Shown piece after piece: positions 38,306 to 47,468 of a stretch of 64,000 nt of DNA. Every line of letters begins with the position of its first letter. Position 1 is the first letter of the stretch. The DNA is taken from the NCBI GenBank assembly GCA_965370295.1, contig CBDUSO010000003.1, positions 7,059-71,058 on the forward strand, read 5' to 3'. Position numbers and translations under genes: made by a program. The stretch is from an uncultured bacterium. GTDB lineage: Bacteria > Caldisericota > Caldisericia > JAAYUI01. Below the pieces are notes generated by a model that was not told the origin of the DNA, ran no database searches, and saw nothing but the letters and a program-made list of their open reading frames with translations.

Positions 38306-38395
38306 GTCATTCCCGCTTTACGCGGGAATCCAGGAGGTAAGGAATTGAATTCAAATTCTGAAAAACCAACAATCAACCAGACAGGATTTCTGTTC
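38306..38395. repeat. second, truncated copy of the MITE-like element (left TIR-like hairpin present, right TIR absent)
   Basis: gtcattcccgctttacgcgggaatccaggaggtaaggaattgaattcaaattctgaaaaaccaacaatcaaccagacaggatttctgtt aligns with 37111-37198. Confidence 0.5.
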
Positions 38396-38424
38396 CATAC
38401 AAATATTCACACGCTTTGATAGCA

Positions 38425-38454
38425 CCCTGGATTCCGCATCGAGTGCGGAATGAC
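38425..38454. repeat. palindromic repeat, copy 2 (ccctggattccgcatcgagtgcggaatgac)
   Basis: 29/30 identical to 31903-31932. A further gtgcggaatgac fragment lies at 38500-38511. Confidence 0.7.
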
Positions 38455-38588
38455 GAGGATGGATGTGGGATGACAAAAGAGTATTATAAAATAACGAGGG
38501 GTGCGGAATGACAAAAGCAATAATTCCCCAGCCAAAAAATGGTTTCTTGATTTTACTCCCAACCCCATATATAGTTGTCTGTCAGTGA

Positions 38589-38665
38589 GGCGACGTGGCC
38601 AAGTGGTCTAAGGCGATGGTCTGCAAAATCATTATTCAGGGGTTCGAATCCCCTCGTCGCCTCCA
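38589..38665 (+). tRNA. tRNA-Cys (anticodon GCA), CCA encoded
   Basis: Acceptor GGCGACG/CGTCGCC, anticodon loop CTGCAAA, T-loop TTCGAAT, 3' TCCA. Confidence 0.8.
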
Positions 38666-38684
38666 TCTTTTTAGACCAATCCTT

Positions 38685-39575
38685 TTATCCCAGCAATTCC
38701 TTCTTTATTTCGTCACCCGGTTTTTTCTGTTTGTCGGTAAGCGAGATAAATAGTGCTGTCTCAACGATAACAACGAGAAGAATTCCCAACTGAGATGCGA
38801 CAGTTCTGATGAATTGATTTGAAGTTGCATAGTCGGTGAAATAGGTGATTGTCATCGAGAGCAGAATAATCGGAGCTATAACCAAAACTATCAGTATTAC
38901 TTTTCCAGAACTGATGTGGATTGAATACTTGATGCTGTCAAATAATCTTTCGGATGATTCAAGTCGAATATAGCTGAGAAATGTGATTCTCAGGAATACA
39001 AAAACCAAAAAGATAACGGTTACAGATGCGACGATTGACCATGGTATGAAGCTCGTATTATTATTGATGAAATCCGGAGTAACAACATAGATTTGAACGA
39101 ATGTACCAATCAGTCCAGCAAAAAGAATTGGCGAGAGCGTCAACCACATTGCCCCTAAAAATCTCATAGAGGGTTTAACAGAAGAGGTAATTGCTTTACT
39201 GAGCGAATCCTTGTTTCTGAGAAGTTTGATGATTACCCAGCTTGCAAACCCGACCAAAAGTATCTGTATGGTGAGAGTGAGGAACACTTGAATTCCGCTA
39301 TTCATTGCTTTGAAAAATACTGTACTCTCCCCGCTTTCAGCAATAACTGGGATTCCACCTCTTATGATTTCTCCAAAAAGACTATCACTCCAGAGTCTCC
39401 AGGGAGAGAGACCGCCCCATCCAGACCCAACAAGCTTTGCCATGATTCGTTGAACAAAGAATGTGAGTGGGTATGAAACCGCTATCATGATTCCAAAAAC
39501 AATAATGCAACTCTTGAGGCACCTGTCTTTTATTTCAATCAGGACTGAAATAAATCTAGCAAATTGTTCAGCCAT
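38685..39575 (-). CDS. polytopic membrane protein, paralog 1 of 5 (unknown family)
   Basis: 296 aa with 6-7 TM segments. Shares topology and motifs with the four genes upstream. Confidence 0.55.
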   Translation of the reverse strand: MAEQFARFISVLIEIKDRCLKSCIIVFGIMIAVSYPLTFFVQRIMAKLVGSGWGGLSPWRLWSDSLFGEIIRGGIPVIAESGESTVFFKAMNSGIQVFLTLTIQILLVGFASWVIIKLLRNKDSLSKAITSSVKPSMRFLGAMWLTLSPILFAGLIGTFVQIYVVTPDFINNNTSFIPWSIVASVTVIFLVFVFLRITFLSYIRLESSERLFDSIKYSIHISSGKVILIVLVIAPIILLSMTITYFTDYATSNQFIRTVASQLGILLVVIVETALFISLTDKQKKPGDEIKKELLG

Positions 39576-39577
39576 TT

Positions 39578-40369
39578 CTATTTGACTGCTTTCAGGTATA
39601 ATGGTGCGAGCAAGGTGAGTTGGATGATCAGGATCAGGGAGCTAATTAATTCTGTGACAAGGGGAAGATTCCCTGTCAGATTGAAAAAAACTTTTGTCAT
39701 GATTGCAGTTACAATGACGATTCCAGCCACAATCCCGGTGAACATTTTTGTTTTATCCATCGAGGAACCAAGGGCAGAAAACCAGGATATTTTTTCGACC
39801 ACCACACAAAATGGTGTGAAGGCAAATCGGATATAAACGTAAAGAACAACGACCACTAAAATAATAAATATGAGCAAACCAGCTATGACATATACCAAAG
39901 CTCCTAGTCCAAATCCAACAGCAAAGGAGAGCAAGAGTATAATCGCAATCATAAGGTTTACCCCCATCATTCTGCAAAGATTTTTCCAGCCTGCCTTTAG
40001 GAATTGGGAGATTGCTGATTTGGAATTTGATTCTTTTTGTGTCAGATAGTTTGCGATCCCGCCCTGGATGAAACTGAAAACAATGAGGAAGCTGAACACA
40101 TTTAGAGATATTATTATAGTCAACGTTTTCCACATGGCAGGTGGGATTGCCTGAAGGAATGGAACCCCTGCTTTTATCTGGGTTGAACCGAACTCAAAAA
40201 TCTCAGAGATCATGACCTGAGAACTAACAATTCCACCTTGTGTTACCCAGAAAATAATACTTGGAATCAGTAGAAACAATGCTGAGACAAGCCATATCAT
40301 CAGAAAATCACTTGTTCTCTCTCTGATAAATCTTCCCAGAAATGTTAACGATAGTTGTGTGTTGCTCAT
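39578..40369 (-). CDS. polytopic membrane protein, paralog 2 of 5
   Basis: 263 aa. A …KAGWKNLCRMMGVNLM… motif is shared with the paralogs. Confidence 0.55.
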   Translation of the reverse strand: MSNTQLSLTFLGRFIRERTSDFLMIWLVSALFLLIPSIIFWVTQGGIVSSQVMISEIFEFGSTQIKAGVPFLQAIPPAMWKTLTIIISLNVFSFLIVFSFIQGGIANYLTQKESNSKSAISQFLKAGWKNLCRMMGVNLMIAIILLLSFAVGFGLGALVYVIAGLLIFIILVVVVLYVYIRFAFTPFCVVVEKISWFSALGSSMDKTKMFTGIVAGIVIVTAIMTKVFFNLTGNLPLVTELISSLILIIQLTLLAPLYLKAVK

Positions 40370-40387
40370 ACCCTGGAGTATAGCTGT

Positions 40388-41326
40388 CTATGATTTCTGG
40401 TCAATGAGAATATTCAATTTTAATTCTTTGTCTGCGATGGGAGTGATTAGAATCACGGTGAAAGTGATTATAAGTGTGAAGATAATTTGGGAACCACCAA
40501 AGCTGTGGCTGGACATGAGCAACGGGAGAATCCCAAAGCCAAGAGGAAAAATTGAAAATGTAAACAATGTCCAGAAATATTTGGCAGAGCGATTCCAACT
40601 TAAAACCAAACACTTCCCCGGTGAATAGTCAGTGTTCATCACATAAAATGGGGCAAGCATGAATCTGGCACTGCGATAAATCATCGCATACAACCCAACA
40701 GAAAGAATTATCCACAATTCCAACCTGCCAAAAACAATTACAGAGACAGTGTAGCAAAATGCAAAAAGAAATGCTGTAGCGATGAAAGTTCTGATTGTGA
40801 TGAGAATCATTATTCCAACCATTCGAACATATTGAGAGAGTTTGATACGGAAAAAAGTGACAAGACCAGAATTCTCGTCAGATTTTGAAGTGAACACGTT
40901 CACAAGACCACAGAGAATATATGGTAAAACAAGCAAAAACCAGACAAGCCCAATGAGTACCCATCGCCAGATTAACCACAAAACAAGCTGTACCTTCAGG
41001 TCAAGTTCGTGATTGAAAGTAATTCCGCCTTCATAATCAAATGAACCAAGTGTTTCCAATAATTCTTCGAAGAGATATGTCCCAGTAAAAACTTCGTTGA
41101 AAGCCTGTTTTTCTATCGATATTTCATTTATTTTTACGGACTTTCTTGAGCTTCTTGTGACTTCCTCTGTTTGGTTATTTATTTGATAGGGGTCATTTCC
41201 AAAAATTGCAAGGTTGATTGCAGGGGATAGCAGAGAGATGAGGAAGCAGACTACGATTATCAGAGCCAGCTCTGACCCCCATCTCTTCAGTGCAGTTGAT
41301 AAGAAATCTAGTGATTTACCAATCAT
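40388..41326 (-). CDS. polytopic membrane protein, paralog 3 of 5
   Basis: 312 aa. Confidence 0.55.
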   Translation of the reverse strand: MIGKSLDFLSTALKRWGSELALIIVVCFLISLLSPAINLAIFGNDPYQINNQTEEVTRSSRKSVKINEISIEKQAFNEVFTGTYLFEELLETLGSFDYEGGITFNHELDLKVQLVLWLIWRWVLIGLVWFLLVLPYILCGLVNVFTSKSDENSGLVTFFRIKLSQYVRMVGIMILITIRTFIATAFLFAFCYTVSVIVFGRLELWIILSVGLYAMIYRSARFMLAPFYVMNTDYSPGKCLVLSWNRSAKYFWTLFTFSIFPLGFGILPLLMSSHSFGGSQIIFTLIITFTVILITPIADKELKLNILIDQKS

Positions 41327-41338
41327 GTTGTGTTATTT

Positions 41339-42175
41339 TTACCAGGTAGTTCCTTCTGTTGATTCGTTGCTTATTTCTGATTCATCACCAACAAGTTCTG
41401 ATGCATGTTTGTAGAGTGGGTAGAACAGGAAAGCTTGAGAGAGAACAGTTATTACTATACTGATAATTAATGCCACATATAATCCCGAAACAAGTGATAA
41501 GATTATGTAATTAACAATACCTAGAAGCAGTGCTAATCCAAATAGACTCCAGTATACACTCTTTGCTTTTTTGAAAGATATACCGATGGTTGATAAAACT
41601 GGTGTGTCAGTTAATGCAGCTTCGTACATCATAAACATGAAAAATAGTGCGACAGCTGTTACCGCAAACGTGATAATGAAAGCGACAAAGAGTATGCCAC
41701 TGATATTCCCCGACATAAAAACTGAGAAAAAGATCAGTCCTAGAATCAGCCCGACTATTAGCCCGATCACAAAGGTTAGAAGTGCCTGAAGTAACGATGC
41801 ACCCAGCACACGACCAAACTTTTTAAGTCCCATATTGAAAAATAATGCCACATGGTTGTCTTCGTTTTTCTTCGAGTTTAAGTATGAGAGAAATCCTGCT
41901 GTGGTGAACGATGTAATCACTATCAAGATTATCACGAACAGAAATAATAATCCGACTAGATTACCAAGTTGTGGGGCTACGCCTGTACCTGCCCCAACAT
42001 TTGGAGACTGGAACATCCCGTATGGGTTTGGCATTGGTGTCATACCTGGACCAAGCGAACCAGAAAATAATAAGTACGGAAGGAGAGTGAAGCCAATAAT
42101 AATAAGTAGAATGATAAAAAATGCTGATGGATTTCTGGAAATCAACGATATAACGTTATTTATATATTTTTTCAT
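41339..42175 (-). CDS. polytopic membrane protein, paralog 4 of 5
   Basis: 278 aa. MKKYINNVISL… and …GFLSYLNSKKNED…FGRVLGASLLQAL… motifs. Confidence 0.55.
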   Translation of the reverse strand: MKKYINNVISLISRNPSAFFIILLIIIGFTLLPYLLFSGSLGPGMTPMPNPYGMFQSPNVGAGTGVAPQLGNLVGLLFLFVIILIVITSFTTAGFLSYLNSKKNEDNHVALFFNMGLKKFGRVLGASLLQALLTFVIGLIVGLILGLIFFSVFMSGNISGILFVAFIITFAVTAVALFFMFMMYEAALTDTPVLSTIGISFKKAKSVYWSLFGLALLLGIVNYIILSLVSGLYVALIISIVITVLSQAFLFYPLYKHASELVGDESEISNESTEGTTW

Positions 42176-42335
42176 GAAGTTTATTGTATTCAGTGAGTGT
42201 TAACGTGTCAAATGGAATTTCTGTGTGATTCACGTTTTCAGTTAATAATTTGTTGTTTTTTGTTGAAAAGAGGTGCTTTGAATGGGGACAAGGAATCAAA
42301 TTCTGATCCTCATCCCCAAAGAATGTTTATTTCAA

Positions 42336-43250
42336 TTATTCTGAAAATCCGCTTGCGTCAGGATTTTTGTTCTCTTCGTTCCTGAGTTTCTTGTAATGAG
42401 ATTCGAGAATTTTTCTGTCCATCTCATCCATTTGCCCTTTCTCTGCTCTGTCGGCCAACCATCTTTCTGTAGCCAAATTATAGAGTGGATAAAAAACAAA
42501 TGCCGTGAGATATCCGAATATTAGGTTTATCAAGAAGTATGAACCATAATACAATAGATCACCAAATTGTCTGAGCGCGCCTATCAGTAATGAAGAAACA
42601 ATTATCACAAATATCCAGAAAAACATCAACCAAAATACTTTCTTTGCTTTCTTGAATGAATTCGAAACCCACTCACCTACCACAGTTTCATCTTTGAGGG
42701 CAGCTTCAAATGTGATGAAATATGTGAACACCATCACAATGATTAATATGAGTGTGGATGCAATAATTAACCCAGAGCCTCCACCTGCTCCGCCACCAGG
42801 AGAGATTTGAAATATTGCCATAAGAATTGCAACGGCTATGGCAAGGGGAATGATATAAGCAAGCATCATGAGGTATTGCATCATGGTTGCACCTATCATT
42901 CTTCCCCATTTTCCAAATGCTGATTTGAAGAAGAAATTCACATACTCGTCTTTTTCTTGCCTCCCCTTTTTCAGATAGCTCAAAAAGCCACCTTCAATAA
43001 ACGCAGAAAAAATGCCAATGACCAGGATAGATAGCAACAGAAAAAGGAAGACTTCACCTGCTTGCCCAGTGATATATTCGTTTGTCCCCACCATACCTGT
43101 GGTTGAAATGTATTCCTGTGTGTTGAACACAAACTTATTGAAAAGAAACACAACAAGTGTCATCAACCCCCCGCAAATAAACAAAATCCACAGAAATGCA
43201 CCCGTATTATGCTTAACCAATTCAGAAACTTTTGATATATATTTTTTCAT
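42336..43250 (-). CDS. polytopic membrane protein, paralog 5 of 5
   Basis: Start placed at the MKKYISKV ATG by homology to paralog 4. The track ORF extends to ATG 43271. Contains …GFLSYLKKGRQEKDE…WGRMIGATMMQYL…. Confidence 0.5.
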   Translation of the reverse strand: MKKYISKVSELVKHNTGAFLWILFICGGLMTLVVFLFNKFVFNTQEYISTTGMVGTNEYITGQAGEVFLFLLLSILVIGIFSAFIEGGFLSYLKKGRQEKDEYVNFFFKSAFGKWGRMIGATMMQYLMMLAYIIPLAIAVAILMAIFQISPGGGAGGGSGLIIASTLILIIVMVFTYFITFEAALKDETVVGEWVSNSFKKAKKVFWLMFFWIFVIIVSSLLIGALRQFGDLLYYGSYFLINLIFGYLTAFVFYPLYNLATERWLADRAEKGQMDEMDRKILESHYKKLRNEENKNPDASGFSE

Positions 43251-43353
43251 AACGTTAATACTAACTAACATCTGATTTTTTTCAAGACGGGTTCAGTTGA
43301 CTAAACTTTGCTTGACCAGATTGGTTTACCGATGTATCTTTGTCGGAGGTTAT

Positions 43354-43440
43354 GCCGGAGTGGCGGAATTGGTAGACGCACGGGATTTAAAATCCCGCGA
43401 TGGCAACATCGTGCCGGTTCAAGTCCGGCCTCCGGTACCA
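43354..43440 (+). tRNA. tRNA-Leu (anticodon TAA), CCA encoded
   Basis: Anticodon stem-loop CGGGA-TTTAAAA-TCCCG, long variable arm, T-loop TTCAAGT, 3' ACCA. The 1-72 pair is G·U. Confidence 0.75.
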
Positions 43441-43451
43441 GGCGTAACAAC

Positions 43452-43500
43452 AAAAAAACCCCACTTTCAGTAGATTCTGTCGGTGGGGTTTTATTATTTT
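43452..43500. terminator. bidirectional rho-independent terminator
   Basis: CCCCAC…GTGGGG hairpin flanked by an A-run (5') and a T-run (3'). It serves tRNA-Leu on the + strand and the convergent minus-strand gene ending at 43525. Confidence 0.7.
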
Positions 43501-43524
43501 GTTTGAATAATTATTTCTGGTGTA

Positions 43525-44745
43525 TCAGGGGATGGTCTCCTTGACCATGGTTACAGTTTTTGTAGTTGCATCCCATTCAAGTTCACAGCCAAGTGTCTCA
43601 CCAAGGAATCGGAAAGGAACCATGGTCCTGCCGGCAACAATCTGTGGTGGGACATCAAGTGTCTGAATCTCACCGTTGACGATTGCGGTTTTTGAGCCAA
43701 CTTGAAGGATTATGGTGTCGCTTCCGAGAGTTATGGTGATAGTTTTTGTTTCACCAATCCACTCAAATTCTGCTCCAAAAGCTTCACCGATGAAACGAAG
43801 TGGGACAACTGTTCGACCATCGACTATCTGGGGTGGAGCATCAAGTGCTGTGGCTTCACCATTTATGAACGCAGTATCAGAACCAATCTGAACCTTGACC
43901 TCTGTTCTTGTCCAGACATCAAATTCTTTGTCGAGAGTGCCTACGTTGCCAACTCTGTCGACTGCCTCGATATGAACTTTGTTATGACCGAGGGTTACGG
44001 GAATTTCAACAACAAAAATATCATTCACGACGGTTGCTTTGATGCCGTTCACAGTCACCTGAGAGCCGGGTTCAACACGACCCCTTATCATGAGAGTGTC
44101 TATGTCGACGTAGTGTTCTTTGTCAAGTTTAGTCTCCAGAATCATGGACGGACTCACTGTGTCCAATATCATGTCAAACTGTTTTATGGTTGTTGCGTAA
44201 TCGTTGCTTGCTTTAACCATGATTGTGTTTTTTCCCTCTTGAAGGGCGATTGTTGCAGAGAAATTTCCCTTGGCATCAACGGCAGCTTTGACCTTGTTGA
44301 CATACACAGAGACCCCTGGATTCGTTTTCCCAGTTACCGTTAGCTGTTTGGTTGATGTCGGTGTTACCTGTGGATCAAGACCAAGTGTTGGTGAGCTTTT
44401 ATCCGGGACAACTGGAATCTCAGCCTTGGTTGGTATCATACCATCATACTTGGCTGTTACCTTGATTTTGCCCGTTTCAGTTGGTACGACAGCAAAAACT
44501 GCCTCACCCTTGTAGCTTGTGAGTTTGTGCATGTTTACACCGCAACCCGTTAAGGTTACTTCTGCTTCTGCTACCAGGGCTTTTGTTCCGACCTCACGAA
44601 CAATGACCACCACCTCTGAGAGTTTTCCGGGATGGAGCGGACCATCAGGTATCACTATCTCGCTTGAGCGAGCACTTACCAGTATCGGTGCCATCATCAA
44701 CACCACGAGTGTTACGACTATTGCTACTGTTATCTTTTTCATCAT
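43525..44745 (-). CDS. secreted protein with Ig-like domains and two C-terminal Cu-amine-oxidase-N-like domains
   Basis: Signal peptide MMKKITVAIVVTLVVLMMAPILVSA. The C-terminus has …PPQIVDGRTVVPLRFIGEAFGAEFEW… and …PPQIVAGRTMVPFRFLGETLGCELEW…. RBS AAGGAGG. Confidence 0.6.
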   Translation of the reverse strand: MMKKITVAIVVTLVVLMMAPILVSARSSEIVIPDGPLHPGKLSEVVVIVREVGTKALVAEAEVTLTGCGVNMHKLTSYKGEAVFAVVPTETGKIKVTAKYDGMIPTKAEIPVVPDKSSPTLGLDPQVTPTSTKQLTVTGKTNPGVSVYVNKVKAAVDAKGNFSATIALQEGKNTIMVKASNDYATTIKQFDMILDTVSPSMILETKLDKEHYVDIDTLMIRGRVEPGSQVTVNGIKATVVNDIFVVEIPVTLGHNKVHIEAVDRVGNVGTLDKEFDVWTRTEVKVQIGSDTAFINGEATALDAPPQIVDGRTVVPLRFIGEAFGAEFEWIGETKTITITLGSDTIILQVGSKTAIVNGEIQTLDVPPQIVAGRTMVPFRFLGETLGCELEWDATTKTVTMVKETIP

Positions 44746-44789
44746 CTTGCCTCCTTTACTCTTTATACGGACAAGTAGGGCATTTGGTT

Positions 44790-45602
44790 CTAAATCAGTT
44801 TTACAATCTGTGGTTTTCGTTTTTCAAAATATGTTATTTCATCAACTCCAATTTGAGAAAGTCTCATCATTGCTTCCTTGCATCCTCTTCCAACATTTTC
44901 TGGTGTGTGAGAATCTGAACCAACTGTCAACCATTTTCCACCAAGTTCAAAGAACCATTCAACAATTTTGTAATCAGGAAATGGTTCTTTTGGAGGTTGA
45001 TAAACCCCTGAAGCGTTTATCTCAATTCCTTTATCGCGACTGATAATGACCGATAAAATATCCTGAATTATTGATTTATACTCTGTTGGTTTGAAGGTGT
45101 ATCCGTGAAGATTTGAAAACCTTTTGATAATATCGAAGTGACCAACCACGTCATAGATTCCGTTTTCAGCAAATCCGGCAAGTGTATCAAAATATTTAGT
45201 GAAGCAGTGTTTTCTGTGTTTGTTAAAAAACTCTTTAACCGTTGGTCCACCCGAGAATCCGAGTTTGTCTATTTCGTGGATAGAGCCGATGATAAAATCC
45301 AGCTCAGGGATTATGGAAATATCTTCTTGAGCGGTGGATTCAAATTCCTGCTGATATGCCAGCTCAATTCCCAGAAGTGGTTTGCATGTATCCACTGTTT
45401 CTAAAGAATGAAAATTTTCATTGATAAGTCCAAGAATTCTTCGATTTTCTGAGTGATTGTTGTGGTGTTCATAATCGAGATGGTCAGAAAATCCAATAAT
45501 ACTTAAGCCCAGTTCGACAGCTCTATCGTAATGGGCTTGAGGTTTTCCTTGTCCGTCAGGAGAGAGTCCGGTGTGGACATGAAGATCAAGAAGTTTCTTC
45601 AA
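44790..45602 (-). CDS. PHP-family phosphoesterase (histidinol-phosphatase-like)
   Basis: LDLHVHTGLSPDG…GFSDHLDYEHH… are PHP metal-binding motifs. Confidence 0.65.
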   Translation of the reverse strand: MKKLLDLHVHTGLSPDGQGKPQAHYDRAVELGLSIIGFSDHLDYEHHNNHSENRRILGLINENFHSLETVDTCKPLLGIELAYQQEFESTAQEDISIIPELDFIIGSIHEIDKLGFSGGPTVKEFFNKHRKHCFTKYFDTLAGFAENGIYDVVGHFDIIKRFSNLHGYTFKPTEYKSIIQDILSVIISRDKGIEINASGVYQPPKEPFPDYKIVEWFFELGGKWLTVGSDSHTPENVGRGCKEAMMRLSQIGVDEITYFEKRKPQIVKLI

Positions 45603-46557
45603 TATCTACCTGTGCATCAAGATGTTCTATCACTGTTGCCATGAGGTTGAGTCCCTCGGTTTCCATGATATGACAATCCTCAAGTAAATTTTTTGCTTCT
45701 TCCATATCCGGGTCCGGATAGGTCATATCCTTTTTTGGAAACGGGAAGAGCTTTGCCATTTTTACAAGTTTTGCGTGAACCTGGGCAAATCTTTCTGATG
45801 CTCTGAGCAAAAGGTTTTGTGGCAAACCCTTGAATGCTTTAGCAGATTCTGCCAGGTACAACGCTGATGACCTGCGTGCCTGGAGAAGAATCCGGATATA
45901 TTGAGCGTTTCCAAAGAGATTAAATTCACCTTCCAGCTCTTCCTGCCATTTTTTGTAGGAAGAAATTCCCTGAGCGGGATGAAGATGGGAGGCGTATGGC
46001 GGTTTGTCCATCAAACCAACCGTAACCGCTGTTCTTAGCGTCATCAATGCCGATGATTTCACTGATATTTCAAGATTCCTTATTGGAAAAATTGCAAATA
46101 TTGAGGGAATATCACCATTTCCAAAATCTGTTTTGTTTAATGTTTTTCTGCCAGAGATTCCATTTATTATCAGCTTGTCATTATCTATGCCGATAACCAA
46201 TGCAAATTCAAAACTTTCCCAGATAAGAACCGGTTTTTTTGATTCTATGCTTTTGGAGATTTTATCCCAAACATAATTCTTGTATTTATCATAGCACTTC
46301 TGACCGCCCCAAGTTAGAGTTATTTCAACCAGAAATCCAAGTCTGTCAAATGCAGACTGGAATGCATCGTACCAGTGAAAGCTTGAATTGAAAGCACCGG
46401 GAAGCAACCCGTCCCAGATAGCATTTCTAAATGCAAACCCAGAAATTGCGTCAACCTGAACATCCGTGAAACCAGCTCCAAGATATGTGATCATGGAGTG
46501 AATGAAAGCAGATGCAGAAAGCCAATGCTGTTTGGGTTCGATATCAAGGCATGTCAT
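45586..46557 (-). CDS. hypothetical protein (possibly BtrH_N/DUF4872-like)
   Basis: Start placed at ATG 46557 (MTCLDIEPKQHW…), 10 nt after the upstream stop. The longer track ORF overlaps the upstream gene by 188 nt. Confidence 0.4.
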   Translation of the reverse strand: MTCLDIEPKQHWLSASAFIHSMITYLGAGFTDVQVDAISGFAFRNAIWDGLLPGAFNSSFHWYDAFQSAFDRLGFLVEITLTWGGQKCYDKYKNYVWDKISKSIESKKPVLIWESFEFALVIGIDNDKLIINGISGRKTLNKTDFGNGDIPSIFAIFPIRNLEISVKSSALMTLRTAVTVGLMDKPPYASHLHPAQGISSYKKWQEELEGEFNLFGNAQYIRILLQARRSSALYLAESAKAFKGLPQNLLLRASERFAQVHAKLVKMAKLFPFPKKDMTYPDPDMEEAKNLLEDCHIMETEGLNLMATVIEHLDAQVDIEETS

Positions 46558-47353
46558 GAATAAACCATTTGTTGTTTCTGGCGGTAAGGGTTGCCCAGGC
46601 AACACCAGACTCCATGTATTCCCAGTTCTCATCGATTTTTTCTTCCAAATATCTTGTCTTGGAGTCTGCCTCTTCCATGGTTTTTGGCATATTTTTCGGG
46701 TCAAGAATATCTTCTTGTTCTGGAGTTTCATTCATTTCAGGTTGTACCACTGAGAATCCATGGATCCTGTATCCAATCTCTATCACTGGGCTGTCACCCA
46801 AATCGTTGAATTTAATTTGTTCAATTTTTACAGATGTGATTTTTAAGCTGGAGGAATAGTCATAATACTCAACCTGAAAAGAATCTGGATTTCCATACTT
46901 TGCATATTTGATGCCTGTTGGATCAAGAAAATCAAATGCAGCTCTGAATTCTCTTTCTGCCAGTGCAGAATAGTATGCTTGAAGGGTTGCGGTGGGGTTT
47001 ACTTCGATGTTGTATTTTTCTTTGAGTAGATTTAAAAATTCTGTCTCAGAAAGTTTTCCAGAAGAATCGCTGATGATTTCAATGTTTACTTCTTCAGATA
47101 GTTCTTTTGATTTTATGTCGATAAACTGTTCTTTGAGTTCTGGATTTTTTTTGGAAAGTTCGTAGAGAAGTGTGTACTCTTTGGGGTTGTCCGTTTTAGC
47201 TTTTTCCAGAAGTTCAACTGAATCTGTGATAGTCTCACCGGTTTTTGTGTCTGTGAATCTAGCCTGTGGTTCTGCTACTTTTACCCCACCACAAGCTGTA
47301 AGTACAAACATCGCAACCAATAAAACTGTCAACATTCCTGTATATCTTGTCAT
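46544..47353 (-). CDS. lipoprotein
   Basis: MTRYTGMLTVLLVAMFVLTACGG is a lipobox. Start chosen at ATG 47353; the track ORF starts at TTG 47410. Confidence 0.5.
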   Translation of the reverse strand: MTRYTGMLTVLLVAMFVLTACGGVKVAEPQARFTDTKTGETITDSVELLEKAKTDNPKEYTLLYELSKKNPELKEQFIDIKSKELSEEVNIEIISDSSGKLSETEFLNLLKEKYNIEVNPTATLQAYYSALAEREFRAAFDFLDPTGIKYAKYGNPDSFQVEYYDYSSSLKITSVKIEQIKFNDLGDSPVIEIGYRIHGFSVVQPEMNETPEQEDILDPKNMPKTMEEADSKTRYLEEKIDENWEYMESGVAWATLTARNNKWFIHDMP

Positions 47354-47468
47354 TCTTTTTCCTCGCGATCCATCCGTATTTCGTTTTTTTATCATACACA
47401 GAGTATTCAAAGTTCACTCCATTTATGCGGTTAAACTTACCCTTATGCTATCGATTGATTGGTCATGT

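Noticed and set aside
43308-43544. 78-aa ORF overlapping tRNA-Leu
   Set aside because: It spans the tRNA-Leu gene and the bidirectional terminator. The Arg/Gly-rich translation is typical of reading through structured RNA.
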